Positions 39,978-49,609 of a stretch of DNA of 64,000 nt are shown one piece after another. The position numbers and the translations under genes are program-made. The stretch's first letter is position 1, and each line of letters starts with the position of its first letter. The stretch is from Nostoc sp. (GTDB lineage Bacteria; Cyanobacteriota; Cyanobacteriia; Cyanobacteriales; Nostocaceae), in the NCBI RefSeq assembly GCF_036916855.1, contig NZ_JBALFE010000029.1, one strand, 5' to 3'. Below the pieces are notes generated by a model. That model was not told the DNA's origin and did not search any database. It saw only the letters and a list, made by a program, of their open reading frames with translations.

Positions 39978-40026
39978 AGGGAGCAGGGAGCAGGGAGCAG
40001 GGAGCAGGGAGCAGGGAGCAGGGGGG
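39978..40026. repeat. (GGGAGCA)n heptamer tandem repeat
   Basis: Six consecutive gggagca units. The same motif or its complement recurs at 41262-41295, 49508-49596, 53225-53260 and 55343-55450. Confidence 0.9.
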
Positions 40027-40183
40027 AAAATCCTTCTCCTATACCCCCCGCCCCCTGGTCACTGAGCGCAGCCGAAGTGTGCCCCTCTGCCTCTTGTGCC
40101 CAGTCCCCAACATGTCATCTGAATGCAAGTACATCTCGTAGAGAAGTTGGGAAATCCTGAGCGCGACCAGTTGAATTTAGCAG

Positions 40184-40369
40184 TCAGAAGTAACACTTAG
40201 CTGTCTCTAAGGTATGAAGAATTTCAACTTGACAGATTTCACCTAATCCAAAGATTGGGCGATCGCACATGGCAAAATTGCACCGTGCCAATGTTAGCTT
40301 AAACTGCCCCACAGAGGACTCAATCTCCCAAGCCAATTGTTGCTGCGATTGGGATAAAGTATTGCTAAA
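40184..40369 (-). pseudogene. Relic of an N-terminal 'CNY' alpha/beta module like that of the 1,722-aa protein (no start codon, stops after ~60 codons)
   Basis: The minus frame reads ...SQSQQQLAWEIESSVGQFKLTLARCNFAMCDRPIFGLGEICQVEILHTLETAKCYF*. Compare RAIALSSGQFSLVLVCCNYRILQEQMLQRLEEI at 21.45 kb. Confidence 0.35.
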
Positions 40370-40604
40370 TAATTGTAATAATATTTAATATGAGTCTAGG
40401 TTGTGTAATTTAGATTAACTATTGCAGAGAAATTCTCTCAGAGTGAGTAGAATGACAAATACTAGCGACGCAACTATTTTATGGATTAGTTACCCTAGAA
40501 CTGTAGACGATGTTTCCAGTCTTGAGTTACTTCAGTATTTTGCCTCTGAGGCATACCAATCTAGACCACACCAAATCATTTATTAAGAGCTCCCACAAAT
40601 CATA

Positions 40605-41138
40605 ATGCCTGTGATTGAGAAGAAAAGAACTCGCGATCTGCCCCAAATTAACGAACGAATTCGCTTCCCTAAAATTCGGGTCATTGACACTGACGGTGCC
40701 CAACTGGGAATTATGCCCCCACAGGAAGCACTACAACTAGCAGAAGAAAAAGAGCTAGATTTGGTGCTACTCAGTGACAAAGCTGACCCGCCAGTTTGTC
40801 GGATTATGGACTACGGGAAATACAAGTTTGAGCAGGAAAAAAAGGCGCGGGAAGCCCGGAAAAAGCAGCACACAGCTGATGTCAAAGAAGTTAAGATGCG
40901 CTACAAAATAGAAGAACACGACTACAACGTGCGTGTTAAGCAAGCAGAGCGCTTTTTGAAAGATGGCGATAAAGTCAAAGCTACTGTGATGTTCCGGGGT
41001 CGAGAAATTCAACACAGCGACCTAGCAGAAGATTTGCTCAAGCGAATGGCAACGGATTTGGAGCCATTTGGTGAGGTTCAACAAGCGCCTAAAAAAGAAG
41101 GGCGAAACATGATGATGCTCATCTCGCCTAAAAAATAA
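40605..41138 (+). CDS. infC: Translation initiation factor IF-3
   Basis: 177 aa. [23 protein letters not shown]...[20 protein letters not shown]...[15 protein letters not shown]... Confidence 0.95.
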   Translation: MPVIEKKRTRDLPQINERIRFPKIRVIDTDGAQLGIMPPQEALQLAEEKELDLVLLSDKADPPVCRIMDYGKYKFEQEKKAREARKKQHTADVKEVKMRYKIEEHDYNVRVKQAERFLKDGDKVKATVMFRGREIQHSDLAEDLLKRMATDLEPFGEVQQAPKKEGRNMMMLISPKK

Positions 41139-41168
41139 TCTTCTAACTGTATTAATAGACCAAGTTTG

Positions 41169-41202
41169 AAAATCCCCTAGCTATAAGTCAGGGGATTTTT
41201 CG
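41169..41202 (+). terminator. Rho-independent terminator of infC
   Basis: aaaatcccct-(11 nt)-aggggatttt followed by tcgttt, about 30 nt after the stop. Confidence 0.7.
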
Positions 41203-41206
41203 TTTA

Positions 41207-41328
41207 GGGACTTCCAGAAAATAAATTATCCAAATTTACTTAGATAAGATTTTTCTTTCTCCCCCTGCTCCCTGCTCCCTGCCCCCCTGCCTTCACAGCG
41301 ATAGGATATTTTTTTAGTTGGAAGTCCC
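41207..41328. mobile_element. MITE-like element, ~122 bp, with ~25-bp terminal inverted repeats (copy 2)
   Basis: The left end is gggacttccagaaaataaattatcc. The reverse complement of the right end is gggacttccaactaaaaaaatatcc. The interior contains the ccctgct heptamers. Confidence 0.55.
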
Positions 41329-41652
41329 TTAGATGCAAGATGTGCACCCAAAGCTCTAAGGTCATTTAAATTTATCTAAAATCGATAGTCCTGAAGGCTG
41401 AGTGGGAAACATAATACTCAGTTGCTCAGGACTTTTGCTATTTCCAGGAGATGAGGGAGAAATCAATTCAAAATTCAAAATTAAAGAACTTCTGCTTTCT
41501 GCCTCCTGACTTGAAAGAGCAGGGGGAGCTGGGGAGGCTGGGGAAGCTGGGGGAGAAAAACACTTTCATGCTTGGCTGTGAAATTTTTTCATCGGGACTG
41601 CCTTCTGCCTTTTGCCTCCTAAAACGGTGATACTACCAGAAAATAAAACTGC

Positions 41653-44600
41653 ATGGAACTGAAAAATCACTGGTTGGCTGCAAATAAAGGTGCTCTAACA
41701 CGACTACTACAGTGGGTGAATCTCCGACCAGAGGAGAGCGAACGAACTCAGATGATGTTTATTTTTTACACCACTGTATCTGTAGGATTGCGATGGGCAG
41801 AGGATAGTACGGTGGCGCTGTTTCTAGATGAATATGGAACTCACCTACTGCCGTGGATGTATATTGCCAGTGCGGCAATGAGTGTAGGACTGGTTTTTTT
41901 ATACTCTTGGCTGCAAAAGATTTTTCCCTTACGCCGGGTGATTGTGGCGATCGCACCTTGCATGTTGATGCCATTAGTTTTATTAGTTGTATTACGTTGG
42001 GGAGCGCAGTTTTCCTACCTGGCACTGATTTCGGTATTTCTGCTGCGGCTGTGGGTAGATGCACTTTATGTGGTCAACGATCTCAACATTTCCATCGTCG
42101 CTAACCAACTATTTAACATTCGGGAGATTAAGCGCACTTACCCACTGGTGAGTAGTGGGCTTTTGGTAGCAGATGTAATCAGTGGCTTTAGTTTGCCTTG
42201 GCTAGTGCAATACGCCACGCTGAACAAGATCATCCTCATCGCCTGTGTAGTGATTTTATTCGGATCGGGGATTCTATTCTATTTAACTCATCACTATCGA
42301 GCAGCTTTTCCTGAAACCCCACAAAGACTAATTCCTGAAGAACAAGCTTCACGACAGCGTTTTCTCAAAAGTCCGCTGAAACGCTATGTCTGGCAGTTGT
42401 TTGCTTTTGTGGGTCTGTTGCAAGTCATTGGGTTGTTAATAGATTTTCAGTATCTGCGCGAACTCAAATCCAATTTGAGCGACCGAGAACTCGCCAGCTT
42501 TTTGGGTCTTTTTGGTGGAATGTTGGGACTGTGTGAGTTGTTGTTGCAGTGGTTTATTTCCAGCCGACTTATCGAAAGAATGGGGGTATTTTTCACTGCT
42601 ACGCTTTTACCAATCACCGTCGGCTTTTCACTCCCAGGTGTGCTGGTATTGCTGCATTTATTTCCAGCCATCCAATCGCAAAGCTTTTTCTGGGGTCTGA
42701 TAATTGTCAAATTCTGCGATGAACTTCTGCGCTACACCTTTGTGATGAGTAGCGGCCCCATCCTGTACCAACCGATTCCAGAAGGAATTCGCAGCCGGAT
42801 GCAGACTTTATCTGGCGGAACCGCCGAAGCGATCGCTACAGGTTTGACAGGAGCGGTAATTTTTGTAACTCTATTGTTTTGTGGGCGGTTTGTACCCGTA
42901 CCACTGCAAAAGTGGGTGTTGGTAGCAGAAACAATGCTGATAGCTGGCACCTGTTTAACAGTAGTTTGGGAATTGCGATCGCGCTATGTTGAACTGTTAG
43001 TCTTGAGTGTGGCACGGGGTCACTTGAGTGCAACCAATGTGGGTCTGCGATTCTTTAAGCAGGGAGTAGTTAAAGCTTTAGCAGAAAAAGGCAGCGAGGC
43101 TGATAAACGCTCTTGCATTGAACTTTTAGCTCAAATGGATTCCCTTGGAGCTGCGGAAGTTTTAGCACCTCTACTAATCAAGTTAACCCCAGATTTGCAG
43201 CGCCAAAGTTTGGAAGTGATGCTAATGGGAGGTGCAAATCCTGCTTATCTACCCGCCATCCGTCCTTTGTTAGAACAATCTCGAGAAACTAACCCCGAAG
43301 TTTTTGCCTTAGCGCTGCGCTACGTTTGGTTGGCTGAACCAAATCCCAATTTAAGCCTCCTAGAAGGATACTTGAACCCCCGACAAAACTCACTCATCCG
43401 CGCTACCGCCGCCGCTTTAGTCTTACGCCAGGGAACGCCCATGCAAAAGGTAGCTGCTACCAAAACCATGCGCCGGATGTTGACTCATAAGCAAGAACGG
43501 GAACGGGTAAATGGAGTCAGAGCGCTCAGAGAAGCAGTCTATTTGCAGGCGTTGCGGATTCACATCCCGAACTTATTACAAGATGAGTCGCTACGAGTGC
43601 GCTGTGCCGTATTGGAAATGATTGCAGCAACCCATTTAGAAGAGTACTATTCGGCACTGATTGCAGCACTTTATTACAAATCAACCCGCAGTACAGCAAT
43701 GTCAGCCCTCATGCGACTAGAAAATGAAGCTCTAGAAATGCTGTTACGGTTGGCTACCAATATTTACAAACCGGAAGTAGTGCGGATGTACGCTTGGCGC
43801 ACCATTGCTCAAGTCGGCACCCAGGAAGCATTGGAGACTTTATGGGAAAACTTGGAAACATCTTGGGGTACTACCAGAGATCATATTCTTCGCAGCTTAC
43901 TAAAAATACACAAACAACCAGGAATTACAGGTTTAGTGGATCGGTTTTATGAAAGTCGGGTAGAAAATTTAATCAAACAGGAATTAAAGTTTTTAGGTGA
44001 GATTTACGCCGCATACATAGACTTTCAAACATTAGACGAAAAAGAAAATCATCAATCCAGTGAGAGGGTTGTGATTGTCTCTGAGTTACTGCAACGCGCC
44101 CTTTTAGAATTGGAATTGGATGTCAAAGAGCGACTGCTACTGCTACTGAGACTGCTTTACTCGCCAGAAAAGATGCAGGCAGCAGCATTTAATCTGCGAT
44201 CGCTCTCAGTGGTAAACTTGGCGCGGGGGTTAGAGATATTAGAGCATACCGTAACTTTGTCTTCAAAGTCTTTATTGCTGAATATTTTAGATAACCGACC
44301 GCAGTCAGAAAAGTTACAATATCTTATAGAAGCCAAGATTGGAGAATATGAAAATATGGTGGTTAGCGATCGCCTCCACAGATTGCTGATGTTGGGTAAT
44401 TTTCTTTCTGACTGGTGCTTGGCTTGCTGTTTCCATTTTGCTCAAGTGACTCGCATTCGACTGACCAGTTCTGAGATTTTAGTGAGTTTGCGTCATCCAA
44501 CTGGCTTTGTTAGGGAAGCTGCGATCGCATACTTGAATATGGTTTCACATCGCGTTCTCCTGCAAATTCTACCGCAGTTACAAAAAGATCCGCATCCTTT

Positions 44601-44658
44601 GGTGGCTGCTCAAGTTAAAGAGTTGCTCGAAAAATACCAGTTTAATAATTACAATTGA
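41653..44658 (+). CDS. Polytopic membrane (MFS / ATP:ADP-translocase-like) domain fused to a long HEAT/ARM-repeat domain
   Basis: 1,001 aa. The first ~430 aa contain about 11-12 hydrophobic helices. The rest is helical-repeat sequence (e.g. VRCAVLEMIAA, VREAAIAYLN). The family call is from pattern memory only. Confidence 0.6.
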   Translation: MELKNHWLAANKGALTRLLQWVNLRPEESERTQMMFIFYTTVSVGLRWAEDSTVALFLDEYGTHLLPWMYIASAAMSVGLVFLYSWLQKIFPLRRVIVAIAPCMLMPLVLLVVLRWGAQFSYLALISVFLLRLWVDALYVVNDLNISIVANQLFNIREIKRTYPLVSSGLLVADVISGFSLPWLVQYATLNKIILIACVVILFGSGILFYLTHHYRAAFPETPQRLIPEEQASRQRFLKSPLKRYVWQLFAFVGLLQVIGLLIDFQYLRELKSNLSDRELASFLGLFGGMLGLCELLLQWFISSRLIERMGVFFTATLLPITVGFSLPGVLVLLHLFPAIQSQSFFWGLIIVKFCDELLRYTFVMSSGPILYQPIPEGIRSRMQTLSGGTAEAIATGLTGAVIFVTLLFCGRFVPVPLQKWVLVAETMLIAGTCLTVVWELRSRYVELLVLSVARGHLSATNVGLRFFKQGVVKALAEKGSEADKRSCIELLAQMDSLGAAEVLAPLLIKLTPDLQRQSLEVMLMGGANPAYLPAIRPLLEQSRETNPEVFALALRYVWLAEPNPNLSLLEGYLNPRQNSLIRATAAALVLRQGTPMQKVAATKTMRRMLTHKQERERVNGVRALREAVYLQALRIHIPNLLQDESLRVRCAVLEMIAATHLEEYYSALIAALYYKSTRSTAMSALMRLENEALEMLLRLATNIYKPEVVRMYAWRTIAQVGTQEALETLWENLETSWGTTRDHILRSLLKIHKQPGITGLVDRFYESRVENLIKQELKFLGEIYAAYIDFQTLDEKENHQSSERVVIVSELLQRALLELELDVKERLLLLLRLLYSPEKMQAAAFNLRSLSVVNLARGLEILEHTVTLSSKSLLLNILDNRPQSEKLQYLIEAKIGEYENMVVSDRLHRLLMLGNFLSDWCLACCFHFAQVTRIRLTSSEILVSLRHPTGFVREAAIAYLNMVSHRVLLQILPQLQKDPHPLVAAQVKELLEKYQFNNYN

Positions 44659-44949
44659 AAATACCTTTGCTGGAATAATTCTGTTATTCCTATTGTTGCT
44701 AATATCGCTTATTTGGTAAGTGTTCAGAGGGTAGCAAGCATACTTTGTTGATGTGAAAAAAATTAGATTTTGCAAGTTATTTACTATTTGTGTACACACA
44801 TTACAACAAAATACAACTACCCCTAAGGGTGAAATTACAATATAGAATTTCATCCCAAATTAAGTTTAAAAAAAAGTATATGAGCGATAATTCGCAGGCT
44901 TGAAAGTGTTTTAATAAAATTATTACCAAAACTTTAGAGAAGGTAAAAC

Positions 44950-45345
44950 ATGAAAGGTTTCAGGAAGTTATCCTCAGTAGCGCTATTGCTATGTGCCTTT
45001 GTGTCTCCGCCCTCATTAGCTGAAGCGAAAGATATTTCTTTAAGTAATTCTCTGAATGAACAGAGCGTTGCGCCAGATGCCAACCTCGGTGGAAATAAAA
45101 CCGGAGAGCTTTTGATTGCTCAACGGCGGTCAGGACGATACCAAATTATTCGACGACGGCAGATCATCCGACGCCGGCAGCCCTTTGGACAATACCAAAA
45201 TATCCGACGACGGCAGATCATCCGACGCCGGCAGCCCTTTGGACAATACCAAAATATCCGACGACGGCAGCAGTTCAAACAACGGCAGATTATCCAACAA
45301 GGGCAGCCTTACGGACGATATCAGATTATCCACCGTCGGTATTGA
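44950..45345 (+). CDS. Secreted Arg/Gln-rich tandem-repeat protein
   Basis: 131 aa. Signal peptide MKGFRKLSSVALLLCAFVSPPSLAEA, then QIIRRRQ / PFGQYQN repeats. A gagaagg Shine-Dalgarno sequence precedes the ATG. Confidence 0.6.
   Translation: MKGFRKLSSVALLLCAFVSPPSLAEAKDISLSNSLNEQSVAPDANLGGNKTGELLIAQRRSGRYQIIRRRQIIRRRQPFGQYQNIRRRQIIRRRQPFGQYQNIRRRQQFKQRQIIQQGQPYGRYQIIHRRY
45148..45255 (+). repeat. 54-bp (18-codon) direct tandem duplication inside the Arg-rich ORF
   Basis: at(t/c)cgacgacggcagatcatccgacgccggcagccctttggacaataccaaaat occurs twice, with one mismatch. A partial third copy follows. Confidence 0.9.
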
Positions 45346-45371
45346 TGACGGCTGATGCAACTAACTAATGG

Positions 45372-45396
45372 TTAGTGGTTGAACCACAACCACTAA
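45372..45396. terminator. Bidirectional stem-loop between convergent genes (Arg-rich ORF / tal)
   Basis: ttagtggttg-aacca-caaccactaa forms a 10-bp perfect stem. Confidence 0.55.
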
Positions 45397-45409
45397 CTAT
45401 CGTTACCTT

Positions 45410-46414
45410 CTAATGACTTGCTACTACCTCTCCTTCAAGGCGAACTAGTCGGTCTGCCAAAAGTTTCTCAAGGTCTTCTAGTGCCTTGGTGAAACCTTTA
45501 ATGCCTTCGTCTAATTTGTCGGTTGCCATGCGATCGGCAGCGTGCATTTTGTCATAGCTAGCTTTGTCAATGGATATCTTTTCGATTGACAAACTTGCTG
45601 CCTTGGCGGGGTCAAGTTTACGTGGCAGTTCTGCAACAGTTGACTGCAATTCAGCCAAAAGTGATGGAGAAATGGTCAGCAAATCACTACCTGCAAGTTC
45701 AGTAATTTCACCAAGGTTACGGAAGCTAGCTCCCATAACTTCGGTTTTATAGCCGAATTTCTTGTAGTAGTTGTAGATTTTGGTGACGGACAAAACTCCT
45801 GGATCTTCGGTTGCTGGGTAGCTATCGCGTCCGGTATCTTTTTTGTACCAGTCGAGAATCCGACCGACGAAGGGAGAAATTAGGGTAATGCCGGCTTCTG
45901 CACAGGCGATCGCTTGGTGAAGACCAAACAACAAGGTAAGGTTACAGTGAATACCTTCTTTCTCTAGGATTTCCGCAGCGCGAATGCCTTCCCAAGTGCT
46001 GGCGATTTTAATCAAAACGCGATCGGGGCCAATTCCGGCGGCTTTATACTGGGCAATTAAGTCCCGTGCCTTAGTAAGGGTAGCTTCGGTATCGTAGGAC
46101 AAGCGAGCATCCACTTCCGTAGACACGCGACCGGGAATGATTTGTAAAATCTTTAATCCAAAAGCAACTGCCAAACGGTCAAAAGCTAGAGAAACTATCT
46201 GTGCTTGGGTGGCTCCGGCTCCAGCATCTTTCTTTGCCTGAAGTAAAGTTTGATCGACAATTCCCTGATATTCTGGCATTTGCGCCGCAGCAGTAATCAG
46301 AGAAGGATTGGTGGTGGCATCTTGGGGTTTAAATTTTTCAATTGCCTGGATATCCCCTGTATCGGCGACTACAACAGTCACTTCTCGCAATTGTTCCAGT
46401 AAATTCTTAGACAT
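45410..46414 (-). CDS. tal: Transaldolase
   Basis: 334 aa. [26 protein letters not shown] and the Schiff-base region [12 protein letters not shown], plus a C-terminal helical extension. Confidence 0.93.
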   Translation of the reverse strand: MSKNLLEQLREVTVVVADTGDIQAIEKFKPQDATTNPSLITAAAQMPEYQGIVDQTLLQAKKDAGAGATQAQIVSLAFDRLAVAFGLKILQIIPGRVSTEVDARLSYDTEATLTKARDLIAQYKAAGIGPDRVLIKIASTWEGIRAAEILEKEGIHCNLTLLFGLHQAIACAEAGITLISPFVGRILDWYKKDTGRDSYPATEDPGVLSVTKIYNYYKKFGYKTEVMGASFRNLGEITELAGSDLLTISPSLLAELQSTVAELPRKLDPAKAASLSIEKISIDKASYDKMHAADRMATDKLDEGIKGFTKALEDLEKLLADRLVRLEGEVVASH

Positions 46415-46562
46415 AAAAGACTCCGTGATGTTTGTTTAGGATTTACTTATTCCCCAGTTCTTTACACTCTCTACTGTTCCTTCTATTCTGATTCTGGCAA
46501 CTTTTCTTAATCATTGCCCAATTTTGCTTACTATCTTGAGCCACAGCCCTATTCTAAGTGCC

Positions 46563-47993
46563 TTATGCCGAAATTGGCTGTCCAATGGAATGCACTTTGA
46601 TTAAACTAGTTGTGCCCGATTTACCAATTGGAACACCAGAGGTAATCACTACTTTATCGCCCTTATTGGCTAGACCCATATCTACAACTGTGTTCACCAC
46701 ATTGGTAAACATCTCTTCAGCATGGTGGACTGGTGGGATTAGCAAAGCTTCCACACCCCAAGAAAGCGCTAGTTGGCGATAAGCGGTGATGTCGGAGGTG
46801 AGGGCAATAATGGGAGAAGTCGGCCGATATTTAGACACCATTCTCGCTGTATTCCCTGATGAAGTGTTACAGAGAATTGCCCGTGAGCCTGTTTCATAAG
46901 CGATGCGACACACGGATTCTGCTACAGATTCGGTAACGCTGAGACTCCCCGCTTCATGACACCAGGCGTGTTTGCTACCTTCGTCTAGAGCCTGTTCTGT
47001 CCGCACGGCGATGTTGTGCATCATCTGGACGGCGGCGATGGGATATTGGCCGACAGCTGTTTCACCAGAAAGCATTACCGCATCCGTACCATCCAAGATG
47101 GAGTTGGCAACATCCGTTGCTTCGGCGCGGGTGGGGTCAGGGGCGCTAATCATCGACTCTAGCATTTGGGTGGCTGTAATCACCGGTTTGCCAGCACGGT
47201 TGCAACGGCGAATAATATCTTTTTGAATGAGGGGTACTTCGTGAATTGGCACTTCCACCCCTAAATCGCCACGGGCAATCATAATCGCGTCGGCAACCTT
47301 CAGAATGGAGTCAAAGTTTTCTATTGCCTCTGCTCGTTCGATTTTGGCAATTAAGCGGATGGAAGCACCAGCTGCTTCAATCATGCGCTTGGCGGGTTCT
47401 AAGTCTTGTGGCGATTGCACGAAGGACACCGCTACCCAATCTACACCCAACTGAATCCCAAAGCGCAGATCCAGTAAGTCTTTTTCGGTGATGGAATTAA
47501 CAGGTAAAGGAGTTTGTGGCAGGTTTACTCCTTTGTGCGTGGAAATTAACCCGCCAGTTTTCACTTGGGCGCGAATGCGATCGGCATCGCGATCGGTAAC
47601 AATCAATTTGACGCGACCATCATTAATCAGAATCGGTTCGCCTGGTCGCACCATTGCAAACAAAGTCGGTAATGGTAGGGGTAGTTCATCGATACTGTCA
47701 CCTTTTTCTTGCAAAACAAAGGTAACTTCAGTACCAGCTTCCAGATTTAACCCTTCTGGTGGTAAAGTTCCCAAACGAATTTTGGGGCCACACAGGTCTT
47801 GCATAATTGCGATCGGCTTTTGCTGCTCAGTACTAATTTGCCTGAGATACTGAGCCGTTTGAGCGTGGAATTCATAAGCCCCGTGGGAAAAATTCAGCCG
47901 CGCCACATTCATTCCAGCTTCTACTAAGGCTTGCAGCTTTTCAGGTGCAGATGTAGCAGGCCCAACAGTACAAATGATTTTGGTTCGACGCAT
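46563..47993 (-). CDS. pyk: Pyruvate kinase
   Basis: 477 aa from MRRTKIICTVGPAT. Includes NFSHG, MIARGDLGVE and MLSGETA. The 31 upstream track codons are translated dispersed repeat (CDVYDGLRLR). Confidence 0.93.
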   Translation of the reverse strand: MRRTKIICTVGPATSAPEKLQALVEAGMNVARLNFSHGAYEFHAQTAQYLRQISTEQQKPIAIMQDLCGPKIRLGTLPPEGLNLEAGTEVTFVLQEKGDSIDELPLPLPTLFAMVRPGEPILINDGRVKLIVTDRDADRIRAQVKTGGLISTHKGVNLPQTPLPVNSITEKDLLDLRFGIQLGVDWVAVSFVQSPQDLEPAKRMIEAAGASIRLIAKIERAEAIENFDSILKVADAIMIARGDLGVEVPIHEVPLIQKDIIRRCNRAGKPVITATQMLESMISAPDPTRAEATDVANSILDGTDAVMLSGETAVGQYPIAAVQMMHNIAVRTEQALDEGSKHAWCHEAGSLSVTESVAESVCRIAYETGSRAILCNTSSGNTARMVSKYRPTSPIIALTSDITAYRQLALSWGVEALLIPPVHHAEEMFTNVVNTVVDMGLANKGDKVVITSGVPIGKSGTTSLIKVHSIGQPISA

Positions 47994-48038
47994 AGGGATT
48001 GGGGGTTGAGGAATAACCTGCAAATTTGGAAACTTTGA

Positions 48039-48069
48039 GCGTAGGCGTAGCCCGTCGTAGACATCGCAT
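48039..48069 (-). repeat. Dispersed ~30-nt repeat, copy 2 (inverse orientation)
   Basis: gcgtaggcgtagcccgtcgtagacatcgca, immediately upstream of the pyk start. Confidence 0.85.
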
Positions 48070-48165
48070 AAAGCTTCCAAATTCACACGTGCTTCATATC
48101 ACTGGTTTTGTAATTAAAGATACTAAATTACGTTTTATTTCCGGGGTATTTACCATTTGACCCAA

Positions 48166-48242
48166 ATCCCAAAAGCCAAAGGTCAAAAGTCAAGGGTCAA
48201 AAGTTAATGACCAATGACCAATGACTAATGACTAATGACCAA

Positions 48243-48243
<1 letters not shown>
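48166..48243. repeat. STRR-type heptamer tract in the gap1-pyk spacer
   Basis: aaaggtcaaaagtcaagggtcaaaag followed by (ATGACCA/ATGACTA) x5. Confidence 0.85.
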
Positions 48244-49334
<1,091 letters not shown>

Positions 49335-49507
49335 TCAAAATAGATTGCCTTTTACTCTTTACTTTATGATCCTGACAGTCTCAGTCGGCTAAGGCATATT
49401 TACTTGGCATCTTTTAAGGATTGGGCATTGGGCATTGGGCACTTGTACTGAGCGGAGCCGTTGGCGCAGCCTCTCGTAGAGAAGCATTGGGCATTGGTTA
49501 TTAATTC

Positions 49508-49596
49508 TTCTCCTCCTCCGCTTCCCCTGCTCCCCCTGTCTCCCCTGACCCCTGCCCTCTGCCCCCTGCTCCCTGCCCCCCTGCTTCTTCCCCAAT
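49508..49596. repeat. Pyrimidine-rich heptamer-derived tract (complement of the GGGAGCA family)
   Basis: ctcctcctccgcttcccctgctccccctgtctcccctgacccctgccctctgccccctgctccctgcccccctgc. Confidence 0.8.
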
Positions 49597-49609
49597 CCTC
49601 AGTCTCTAA

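Noticed and set aside
39953-40160. ORFs 39953..40141 and 39957..40160 (GAGSREQGAGSREQ...)
   Set aside because: They are translations of the (GGGAGCA)n array and adjacent dispersed repeats, in two overlapping frames with no coding signal.
45116-45360. Alternative-frame ORFs across the Arg-rich repeat (45116..45355 + and 45130..45360 -)
   Set aside because: They are open only because of the tandem repeat. They lack a signal peptide or Shine-Dalgarno sequence, whereas the 44950 frame has both.
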